DNA of 64,000 nucleotides, from NCBI GenBank assembly GCA_013115145.1, contig JAAPAO010000081.1, positions 24,182 through 88,181 on the forward strand. The letters are read 5' to 3'. This document shows, one piece after another, positions 52,447 to 64,000 of this stretch. The notes beneath the pieces were generated by a model. That model had not been told where the DNA came from. It worked only from the letters and a program-made list of their open reading frames with translations, and did no database searches. Origin of the DNA: Perkinsus chesapeaki ATCC PRA-425. Its lineage: Eukaryota > Protista > Perkinsozoa. Within the stretch, counting starts at the first letter, position 1. The number at the start of each line of letters is the position of its first letter. Both the position numbers and the translations under genes were made by a program.

Positions 52447-54429
52447 GTAAGGTCTTATCAAGCTAGACAAGTAGCGTAAAACATCATAATTCGACGCTTC
52501 GAGCTCCCGGCTACTCGTTTCCGAGACGACGGGGCAAAGGCCGCAAGGCAAGTAACCGTGGGGCAAGGAAGGGTACGAGACCCCGGGTGTATTCGCGTAC
52601 GAAGGAGACAGGGCGAGAGAAATACTCTCGCCGGATTCGTTTGTAGGCGGGGCCGTGATTGAGGTGTCGGTTGAATACTATCGATTGAAGATGGCCGAGC
52701 CTGCCAAGAAGGGCCTGGGTTCTACGAGACAAGCCATGCAGCGTAGGCTTCTCTAACTTCTCACGAACAGTACCGATACAATATCTGGACGAACCTTCTT
52801 TTGTGACTAACTTACCTTGCACGTCCGCACTTAGCTCATCCGCGCAAAAAACGCCCGTGACCGGCTACGAGTTCTGGCCTACAACAGCGGGGGTGTGAAG
52901 AACTGCACCTAGAAATAGCCGAATGGAATCGATTTACATACAATACAACAGGCATGCAGCTGCGGATGACAAAACCAGAATGGATACAGAATCCTCCAAC
53001 AAGTGGTAGGCCCCCGCACCTTGGATTCCGTATCTAATCCCGTCGACCTATCCCGTTGAAGACTTGAGTCAACTCCGGGAAGCAAGTCCACATGTTGTGT
53101 ATCACAATTCATAACTCTGATAGTTCTGATAATCAAATCTTTTACTCCTGTTCGCGTGGGTCTGGTACTATGGTTCGGTACGAGCTGATCCTAGAATAAC
53201 GGACAAGGGAGAAACGGTTCAAAAGGGATCTGTGCGACGCACCATATCGGGTTCTGTGTGACACGATTGCGCGTCACTTACACTTTCTTTACTACTTTAT
53301 ACTCCATCGTATTTTCATCCCTATCTCACCGACATTGCTCTACTCACACGTTAGCCAGTCTCGGGTTTCTGGTTTCCCGTCGGGTTTCGGGTGCTGGGTG
53401 ATTTAGGTTTCGGGTTTCTTCCATTTTTCCACATTCTGTCACAATCTTCCTGTGACAACACGCAAATGATAAACCGTTTTTCAATGCTTTCATCTTTAAC
53501 CAGGCTTACATAGGCCTCGCAGATCTTTTCCCTTATGGTTGCTACACGTTCACAACTGAAGGCTATCAATGAACACTTCCTCAGATGCTCAGGATGCGAT
53601 GATTTTCAATGTGTTAGGGGACTACGTCCCCAGGGCTTTATCCGAGGGATTCTTTAGTCGGCCCTGTTAAAGTGGTTGGAGAATCATTCTCCCATTAATA
53701 CCACTCGCTCCTGTTCTCTATTCTGCGGCAATACAAAAAAGGATATGAGAGAACTACCAACAAAGGCTTATGCACAGTGAATAATTCACTGCTTATTTTA
53801 GGTGTCCTGTGCGGAACTGTCGACATCAACTCTCTATAAGGACTGGTATTTGGGAAGGAACACAACTCAACTTTTTGCTCGCACGCTTGCTACAATTGTC
53901 TTCCTCATTCACGGAAGTATGAGAGGGGCAAAAGAACCCGTGCAGGAGGTATTGATTGGGTGCAAACTGTCATTGGAATATCACCCACTACTTCTAAAAC
54001 GAAGTTTGTCAGTGCTGAGTACGTTGAGGATCGTCGAGGAGTTACCCTTTTCCCCCAAATCGACAATCTCGCTGCTCCCGGTGCAAATATTAGTTCCGAC
54101 ATGTTCAAAGCGTACGGCTGCATTTCTACTCTACGACCTGATGTGAAGCACTGCAAGGTCAACCATAAAAAACTTTCAAGGCTAGTAATGGAACTCATAC
54201 AAATCATGTAGAAGGGATCCATTCGGGTCTGAAGAACGATCTCAGGAAACGTTACCACCGATTGAAATGGCCCTTAATAACGAGCAAATACATGATACAA
54301 CAATCACGTCTTCCTGCTCTAAGGCTACTGGCCTTGATCGTCATCATCTGCTCCTTCTTCCTCGGGCCTCGAAACACTCGGCAAGTCTTGACGGCTCGAC
54401 CACTTGGACCTTCTTATCCTCTGCTGCTG

Positions 54430-55020
54430 TTTTTTTTTCAGCAGCATGCAGAAACAAATATACAGAGCGAGCCCTCGCGGGCAGATATACTAAGCCCTTG
54501 CGGGCAGATATACTAGGCCCTTGCGGGCATACGAAAAAGCCCTTGCGGGCAAACCGAATCACAGAAGGCCCCGACGAGCATCAAGATGCTGCATCAGGGC
54601 CGCGAAGAGTCGATTGAAGGCCTTGCGGCGCTTCAAATCGACGATCATCTCATAAAAATGATAGGGGACACCACCTTCAACGCGCTTCCTGGCATGCTCT
54701 AAGAGCGGACAGGAGCGCAGGAGGTGCCTTAGGTTCCCTATCGGAGCTCCACAATCACACTCCGGAGAGTTGATTACCCCACATCTGTGAAGATGCGCTG
54801 GGGTTGGAGCCCTGCCAAACACTACAGCACTACCTGCTGGGGTAACTTCCCCACGACTCCATAGCCTCGCATGCGAGGCACAATAGAAGAAGTCGTTGCA
54901 GGCAGTGCCTAGACCAGCCCGTTTCTCTGACCACCACTTGCGCAGTGCCAGGAGCCCGGCTTCGGCTTGATATCGCCGAAGGGTCCTCACACTGATTTCC
55001 GTCTAAAACGTTACCACCAG
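54430..55020 (-). mobile_element. 5'-truncated non-LTR retrotransposon (LINE) 3' end nested in the Merlin relic
   Basis: C-terminal zinc knuckle HLHRCGVINSPECDCG..HLLRSCP, then 3' UTR tandem repeats and an A9 tract (T9 on the + strand at 54430-54438). Confidence 0.7.
54472..54550. repeat. Short tandem repeat of GCCCTTGCGGGCA(GATATACTA), ~22-24 bp unit, 4 cores
   Basis: Visible direct repeats in the LINE 3' UTR. Confidence 0.85.
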
Positions 55021-56169
55021 TTATGTTCGAAGAACCGTGAGTTGGGAAAGTGGAGGCTGGCTATTGTCGTTTTCGCGGCAAATTGTCGATTAAGTCGCCG
55101 AGACCTTACTACATACTTCTTTCGAGCTCTGAGGATGGTGCAAACCATGATTGACCGCCGACTAGGTTCTACTTAACACTATGTCCTCAATCTCTGATGC
55201 ACGTATACCTTCTGTCTATAATCAATTGCTACCTGTTGTATCTTACGACGACCAATCGTTATGAACTATCCTACATGCATTTACGATACACCATTCCACC
55301 CATTGATCAAGCATTGCATGCTACATTAGCCTTGTTGCGTCAAGTCTAAGGTGCGTCGCACAGAACGGTTTAAGTTGCGTCGCACAGATCCCGATAAACC
55401 CGAAACAAACACTTAGGGTCTCTGGGTCAGGGACTGCCCCTGAGGGACATCGTCTCCGAGTGCACCGACAATTTCCGCAAGTTCTTGGGTACTTGCTCTC
55501 GGAAATGCCAGGGAGGGGAAAAATGAAACAGGTGAGCTTGGCCCTGTTTATACCATAATATACGGAGCTGCTAGCGAAGCGGCGCGATCATCCGCATCGG
55601 TATTCAGCCTGGGTTAACATATTAACCTTCAATAAATTCATTTTCCTTGTTGAGGAAACACACTAGTCATGTTCTGGTCCGAGAAGCATGGATGCCGAAC
55701 CCTGCGACGCAGGGTACAACCGTCGTCCTGCTACCGCAAATGGCTTGAGCGGCTTAAGTAATGTTGATAAACCAGAAACAGGGTGCCGTGCAGTTTCAGA
55801 TGATCTATGGGAGATCAGCGAACGCTGGTTAGCACGACGTTTGAAGGACATGCAAATGACATCGGCTAAAAGGTGGGTAGTGGTCTGAACCGTTCTTGCC
55901 ACCGGAAGTTTGCGCGAGCCAGTTATACCGTTTCGCAACATCTGTTTTTTTCAGGAAAAGCTTTGCTCATTGGCTGCTGGAAGCTGGTAGCTTGGTGGCG
56001 ATTTGAGAGGATATAAAATCTCTCGTGTTGAAACTTCTTTACCTGAAATGTACGCTGCTGGCCACCGCGGTATTGTCGGTCATATTGTCATTAGCTTTAC
56101 CTTCAACACTAGCACTCTTCGATGCCAGAAAACCATTTTCTGAGAATGAACTCAATAAGTTCAACTTAT

Positions 56170-57689
<1,520 letters not shown>

Positions 57690-58039
57690 ATGATATACAG
57701 ACTGGAATAAGCTTCCAAGAAAGCAGTATGAATGTTTCGTAGGTCAGACTGACCTAGGCAGTGGAAATATCAGCCAATCTTGCAAACTCCGTAATGGAGA
57801 GACGCCAAGGAATTGAGGTATGACGGCCACTCATTCCCGTACACGGCCACGAGATCGGTCACAATGGCCGTTGCACTATCGGCACAGGTTTCACCAACTG
57901 GGGAGTATTTTCGCGAAGTCCGTTCCGGAATTCGTACGGGAATTCCCACGGGAATTCCCCAGGAATCGGAAACCGTTCCATTTTTTCTAACAATTATATG
58001 GCCCGTAGTGTGGGCACAGGATTAAAAGGGTCTAGTGGC

Positions 58040-58828
58040 TCTAGACTACTTCTTCACGGGGATAGTCATGTCCAACAAAATGCCGCAAATACCTGAGCGA
58101 ATAGGCCTGAATGAAAAGGAGCTTTGGGGGGGGTACCTGGACCGCCGCCATTCGACATGATTCTATCGTAGCCTTCTTCTCCCCAGTCAGCACCCCAGGG
58201 ATTTTTTACGATGGAGTACCTGAGATTGCAGTGAAAGAAGGTTGACGGAGCCTGCGAGCAGCGCACGGTTTGTCCTTGCAATGAGGATCAACCCTAGCAA
58301 GTCCCACAGTCAGTACACCATGGTCCATGGTACACCAATACAGTACACCCCAGAACACCAATTTCGCCTGGCCTAGCTGATATATTTGCACCAGAGATTC
58401 CTTTGAAGGGAGAACACAACTCACTGCTGTCGATTATTCCTCCTTCATAATGTTGAAATGTTAATACGTCGACATCAATAGCTAAGCTAACAGGGCCATA
58501 ATCGGCTAGAGCAGCTTGAAGTTAGCTTTCAGAATTTGGTTCGATATCACGGAAACCAACGGTTCCGGCCTATGGTGGAAACATTCGCCGAAAAATTTAA
58601 AGCGCTTCTGTTACTTCTATCACATGCGTTGCTAGAACGGCAGCACGTATCCATAGCTCTCACTTGAGCCTAGTCCTTCATGCTCACCATACCTGAAGGC
58701 GGAGTCCATCAGTCCTCCATCACAACCACTAATACATCAAGTGAGACAACAACTTATCGTACAATGCTCGTTCTTGTTGCCGTAAGACCTCCTGCAATCT
58801 ACCACTTCTTGTTCACTTAGAGATACTA
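58040..58828 (-). pseudogene. Cathepsin L-like copy 3, 5'-truncated and decayed
   Basis: Nucleotide near-identity to the 3' half of copy 1, including the same TAA (58524-58522), plus small deletions. It breaks off at LVSLSEQE. Confidence 0.85.
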
Positions 58829-58907
58829 GTTTTTTGAGAGAGATGCGCGTTTGTTTTGTACGTGAAGTTCAATCAGGCTTTGCTGTCAATAAATCGATAC
58901 AGTTCTT

Positions 58908-61441
58908 GATGCCACAGGACTATCGGCTCACCATCAGTTCGTCCAAGCCTGCGCACCAACTGAACAAGGCGGCTGAGTCGGCGGAAGGGGTGGATTTTGA
59001 GGTTTCTGACATGCCGCTCGTCGTTGCCACCGAGAAGGTCAAACAACAGTCAAGGCTAATTCGAGAAAGTTGGCAACGGTTTCGGTCGCGCCGCTTCCTT
59101 CTGCTGACAGAGTTCAAGCGTTTCTACGGAGAGAGTCCTCAGGTGCGGATCCTTATGAGATCGATAGGGAAGCTACAACGAGAAAACAGGAACTTACGGT
59201 CGGAGATGGATGAGCACCGGCGAACACGATCCTTCAAGAAAATGCAAGATGATATCGGTCAGCAGGTGGGAGTTGGTCTAAGGAACCTCTAACCGAATGC
59301 AGTGCAGGACGTTATTATAAAAGCTCTTGTAGCCCGAATTGGTGTTCAGCAGTCGAAGCAAATCATAGCTGATGCGCTCGATAAAGGTCCTCCGCGGTAG
59401 GGCCAACCAAGCTAGGTGCTGCGAGATCGGCGTTAGTGCTAAGTCAGAGTTCGAAGCAAGTCCAGACAAGAGCTATTCTTCGAGCTAGAGGAGGCTCGCA
59501 GGGTAGCGCGTCGAGCTGCCCAGAACTGTTCCTCCCAGAGGCAAGCCGGGGCGCTGAATAACGGGGACCGGTGTTTGTCGAACAGAGCATCCACGGCTGA
59601 AGAGAGCGCGGAGCTAGTGAAAGTTATTCGTGAGGAGCTGGAAAGAACGCAGCGGGCAGAGGCTAATACCAAAGCAGAGCTAGAACTGGCAAAAAAAGCA
59701 CTGGAAGCTGCCCGGCACATGGGTAATCAGCCGTCTGAATTGTTTAGTTTCAATATGGGACGACAGATGACGCAATCTAGCGTTCCTGTCCAGGTGATCA
59801 GCATTCCGAACTGGTAGAAGCTCGCAAGCGAATCGACGATTTATCAAATGCGATGCAGGATTCTTCCTCGAGAGAGAAGCAGCTCACTGACACAGTGAAG
59901 GATCTTAGAGCCCAGCTTGAAGAGCTAAACCGTTCAGTGAGCCGTTATCGTGTACATATTCCAATCACAGTGGAAAACCACAGAGCCCGGATAATACCGG
60001 CTGGGTGACACCGTCGATGGCCGAGGTTCTCAAGGAAAAGGAAGAACTACGGCGGCGCATGAAGGCCGCTGAAGAAGAAGTGGGTCTCACGTGGGCGGCA
60101 GCAACAGCCTTTTCCAGACGAAGAATTTGAGAAAGGAACTGGACGTGGCTCGGAGGGGACGAGAAGAGCTGATGGATATATCGAAGCGTTTCAGAGCGGA
60201 GAGGACGGAGGTTGAGGAGTCCGCGTTGAAGCTTCGAGAGGGTGGTACAAAGCTATTGGCCTTCTGAGCATTGAGAACGGCTGCACTCAGATGTCGCTCG
60301 TTCCGAGGAGGAGAATAGAAGTCTTCGACAGAAGTGTGAGGACGTTGTTGAGAAGCACAGAATGCTCAACGAGGAGATGCATCAGTTGAGGGGACTTGTA
60401 CCTATTTTGCCTTGGTCTTTCACCACGACGTTATCTGCTAGCTGGCAGCCGAGCAAGAACATACAGCTGCCCTCTCCCGGAAAGTGGGGATTTACATAGG
60501 AGAAGCAAACAGAGGCGCGATTATGGAGAGGTCAATCGAGAGAATGAGCATGGCGGTCAACGTGGGAGAGTTGCCCAGTATAGCAGATTGCTGCTCGCCT
60601 GCTGCACACGTGAGCTCGTTTCTTTCGAGAATCCGCCCGTGATTTGCCTCAGCAGTTGGGCAAAGATATCAGCCCATTCGACGAGAACAAATCCCCGACG
60701 GTTAAGGAAGGTTCGCCCGAGGGGGTATCGGGAGTATCTCTTAAAACTCTTCACCTCGGCAAGTGGTCTCAGGCGGAACCACCCAAGAAGTCTTCTTCTT
60801 AGAGCTGCTGCGGAATGCGTTGGGGATCGGAGTGAAACTCATTTTACGGCACTGTTGTCCGACTGATCTTTGTTGGGTTATACGTGGCAAGCCACCTGCT
60901 TGAGGTGATCATGATCAGATCTGTCTCTAATTCAGGCAATGGGCGCTCCAAACAGAGCAGAATTGGTACGGCGCTGAAGCTAAGCGCGAAGATGCTTGGG
61001 TGTTGTTGGGTATTTGTCCCACTCCGCTGGAAGCAGCTTGCCTGTACAGGAAAGGATCTAGTGGTATGCCTTAGCGAGCAGGAGAACAGGAACTCAGCCA
61101 GGATAGCTACGACGTGGATCTCACTATTAGTTGGCAGAAGCAAAGCGGGACGAGTATCGACATGATGTTCTCATCGTTAACGAATCTCGCAATATCATCG
61201 GCGGTGAGCCAGGTGGAAGGTGGAGGCAGCTTTCTATGCTGGAGGGAGGAGTTTCAAGGTGAGAGTCGACAAACCACCTTGGAAAATGGGGAAAGAACTC
61301 ATGCCTGTCATGTCGAGATTCGAGCCAAGGAAGGGTAGGCGACGGAGCTTTGGAAGCATTCAACCCAACTTTGCCAACTGGCCGCTGGAAAACCAATCGC
61401 ATAGCCCAATTGACTTTGTTCCCAACGCAAATGCTCCTTAA
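58908..61441 (+). CDS. Coiled-coil protein, multi-exon, boundaries uncertain
   Basis: Several short E/K/R/L-rich exons (e.g. IREELERTQRAEANTKAELELAKKALE) bounded by GT-AG. No family recognised. Confidence 0.5.
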
Positions 61442-63775
61442 TACCATTAAGTAGACGCATTCGGGAAATTGGTTTATCCTGTGCATGCCCCACTAGCTTG
61501 AGGTGAAAATGATCATCTGAGGTTAATCCAGGCTTAGCCAGGTACAGATGACTTTTTCTGTGCTTCTTTTCTTACGCTGAGGTTATAAGCTGGAGTAATG
61601 CCTTTTGTTGTTAATCTGAGGTTAGCCTTGTATTTAGCGTAAAAATCCTTTTTACATGTAACTTGTAATGTGCTTTTTAAAATAACTTCTTCGTTTCGGC
61701 GAATGATTCGGCGAAACGAGTTGTGTTCAAATCCCTTCAGACACTCCGATTCCGACTGGCTTATTCGCGGTATGTGACATATAATGGTGCTATACGGGGG
61801 AATATTGGTTTTAAATTACCCTTAAAAATTGTATTTTAAAAACAGCTGCAAGGCAAGTGGTCAGAAATTTATCCGATAAATTTCTTCGTAAAGGTGATTA
61901 TTGATCCCGATTATTGTAGCTGATTGGGCTGCCTCTTATGGGAGGTTCAAAGAAAACGAAGGGAGAACTGATATTTTCAACTGAGTATGATGTACTACTC
62001 ATTAAGTTTCTCACTATGTACAACTCTACTTGTCAGCTAGTAGCTGAACAGAATACGACGATCTCTGCCATTATTACTCATTTTTGCGTACGCTAAAATC
62101 TACGTTCCTCGCCAACTCCTTCGAATATCACTACAACATTCATACCGTTAGGAAGCCGCTTCCAATGCCTCTCGAACGTACTTCTTGTCCAAATACTCGC
62201 TTTTCTGTCACAAAACCGAGTATTTGGACAAGAAGTAGAAATTTCTGATCATGGTATCCAATAAAATTTCCTATGCATCACCAGTAGAATCTACTGGGGT
62301 GGGGTGAAATTCACTACTGAGTAGATCACTCATTCCATGGCGATTCTGTTTCTGCTGCTTATATTCTGCAAGTCATATTGTTTACCGTGATATGCTTCAC
62401 TCAGTGAAGTTCACTACAATCGCGCGAACTACCGAACTTTAGGGTACTACTAGTACCCTACACGTCACATGCATCACGTAGCTTGCTCAACTTTTCCACA
62501 CGTTGACGTTGAGTAGTTCATAGTTTAACTGAGACTTTCTAACCACGCAAACTACGATGAAATTGATTTTCCTTGATTGATTTTCTTAAGTGAGCGAAAT
62601 TGAAGGCACCGCCTGGGTTCCGACGAAATTGAAAGTTCTTAGACAAACAAAATCTTCCGGTTTCGGATTCGGGCGTTTAACTTCGCTCGGCGCGACGAAA
62701 CTGATGTTCCTAAAGACGAATTGGATATTCAAAAGGTGTAATTGACGCCTGCCTCAGGTTGAGAGCGTTCAAGTCGTTGAGAGCCCTTCACATCCAACCT
62801 TACAATCTCAGACTACCACACGGTCTAATTCACTGAGTCAATATTCGACCGCTATACCTTACTCATTTTATAGTACAAAGTTTCTACTCAACCAACCAAC
62901 GGGCCCCACCCCTTTGTTGTCAACAAATTATTGACGTTATGTGAACCAGCTGAAAGCTTGAGCCACGTTCTTTCCAAACTGATCATGACTTTGAGAAAAA
63001 ACGACGTGCAACGGTTTGGCCTTAGTTTCGCGAAGCTGGGAAGCTCGGCTCGCTAAAAGGTGCGCAGTGCATTCCGCGCTCGCCACGGAATTGGCAGCGC
63101 ATGTTCATTCTGGACCTGCCTTGAATTACCCGTGTTTTTTCGTTTGCCTCCAGTGCATTACTCTACTCAAATTGGAGGTTTTAAGAGTACTTCGTTGCAC
63201 GGCATTGTCTCATTGTTATATTCAGTTGAACACAACTTATTCCGAATGAAGCAATGTAGTAATGCAATGGAGTAAGCAAGATGAAGTATCTGCATGTTTC
63301 ACTCGGTGAGCAGAATTAACTCTCGATGAATTACTCGATAGAGATCGATAAAAGACTGCGTAATATCCACCGAGTTTACGGCTGTGGTTGCGGTGCTCAT
63401 TGAATCTTTTAGATATAACGATAATGTTACCGGAGCTTTGCAAGGAACTGGACGACTCATCCAGTTGGGGGTAAGACAAATATATACGTTACGGTGTTTT
63501 CGAAAATTTGATGATTTTCAAGAATTGAAATTCAATGTGTCTCTCTGTTAGCCGTAAGGGACTTCCTCATATATGCTGCCAAGAGAGCATCAAAAGGCCT
63601 AATCATCTTAGGGGAAGGACGGAGGCAGTAATAGATTCAGAGCCACAACTTGAGATGAAGGACATTACCCAGTAATGGCTCCATAACTAGGTAGTATTGG
63701 GTCTGTGAAAGCGGGACCTTTTTCGATAATGAAGCAGAATTCGACTGCTAGTCTTGTTGAGTTGGGAGTCCCAAC

Positions 63776-64000
63776 GACAGCCCGGTTTTAATAGTGAGCC
63801 AGTCCTCTGTGACAGCCCTGTTTTAATAGTGAGCCAGTCCTCTGTGACAGCCCTGTTTTAATAGTGAGCCAGTCCTCTGTGACAGCCCTGTTTTAATAGT
63901 GAGCCAGTCCTCTGTGACAGCCCTGTTTTAATAGTGAGCCAGTCCTCTGTGACAGCCCTGTTTTAATAGTGAGCCAGTCCTCTGTGACAGCCCTGTTTTA
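63776..64000. repeat. 35-bp minisatellite GACAGCCCTGTTTTAATAGTGAGCCAGTCCTCTGT, at least 6.4 copies, truncated by the window end
   Basis: Contiguous identical units without spacers; the first unit has one substitution. Confidence 0.97.

Larger units (their letters stand above)
53225..55392 (+). mobile_element. Merlin (IS1016/IS1595-like) DNA transposon relic with 17-bp inverted repeats
   Basis: Transposase fragments RKYERGKR..WVQTVIG, VEDRRGVTLFPQI..PGANISSDMFKAY..VNH, then a frameshift to NGTHTNHVEGIHSGLK (53900-54300). GGGATCTGTGCGACGCA at 53225-53241 has its exact reverse complement at 55376-55392. No TSD seen. Confidence 0.7.

Noticed and set aside
52450-53200. Possible gene or element between cathepsin copy 1 and the Merlin relic
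   Set aside because: Only short ORFs with no recognisable motif; no call can be supported.
63776-64000. CRISPR array (35-bp repeats)
   Set aside because: The units are contiguous with no unique spacers, there are no cas genes, and the context is eukaryotic.

Overview
Eukaryotic, gene-dense DNA with many short GT-AG introns (about 40-90 nt). The gene content and style suggest a perkinsid alveolate (Perkinsus-like); this is inference, not a database result. 1-21.5 kb: a head-to-tail + strand array of eight ALMT/FUSC-like membrane transporter genes (one partial), with patchy homogenisation between four copies. 22-28 kb: an EF-hand type II NADH dehydrogenase, a small acylated SVIP-like protein, and RPS7/RPL5 arranged head-to-head around palindromes. 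28-33 kb: a rearranged accessory segment containing a pepsin-fold pseudoprotease (both catalytic Asp replaced by Arg) and tRNA-iMet. 33-50 kb: CTP synthase, a hypothetical gene, a sphingomyelin/IPC-synthase-like gene and a ~9.3 kb SMG1-like PIKK ending in a FATC motif. 50-59 kb: three cathepsin L copies, all disabled, interleaved with a Merlin (IS1016-like) transposon relic that carries a nested LINE 3' end. 59-64 kb: a coiled-coil gene, a gene-free AT-rich stretch rich in hairpins, and a 35-bp minisatellite that runs off the window. The most unusual window-wide signal is a recurring class of perfect short inverted repeats with a 1-nt centre, often chained. One of them is demonstrably an insertion that broke a coding exon. 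Gene models were assembled by eye, so exon boundaries are approximate unless stated.
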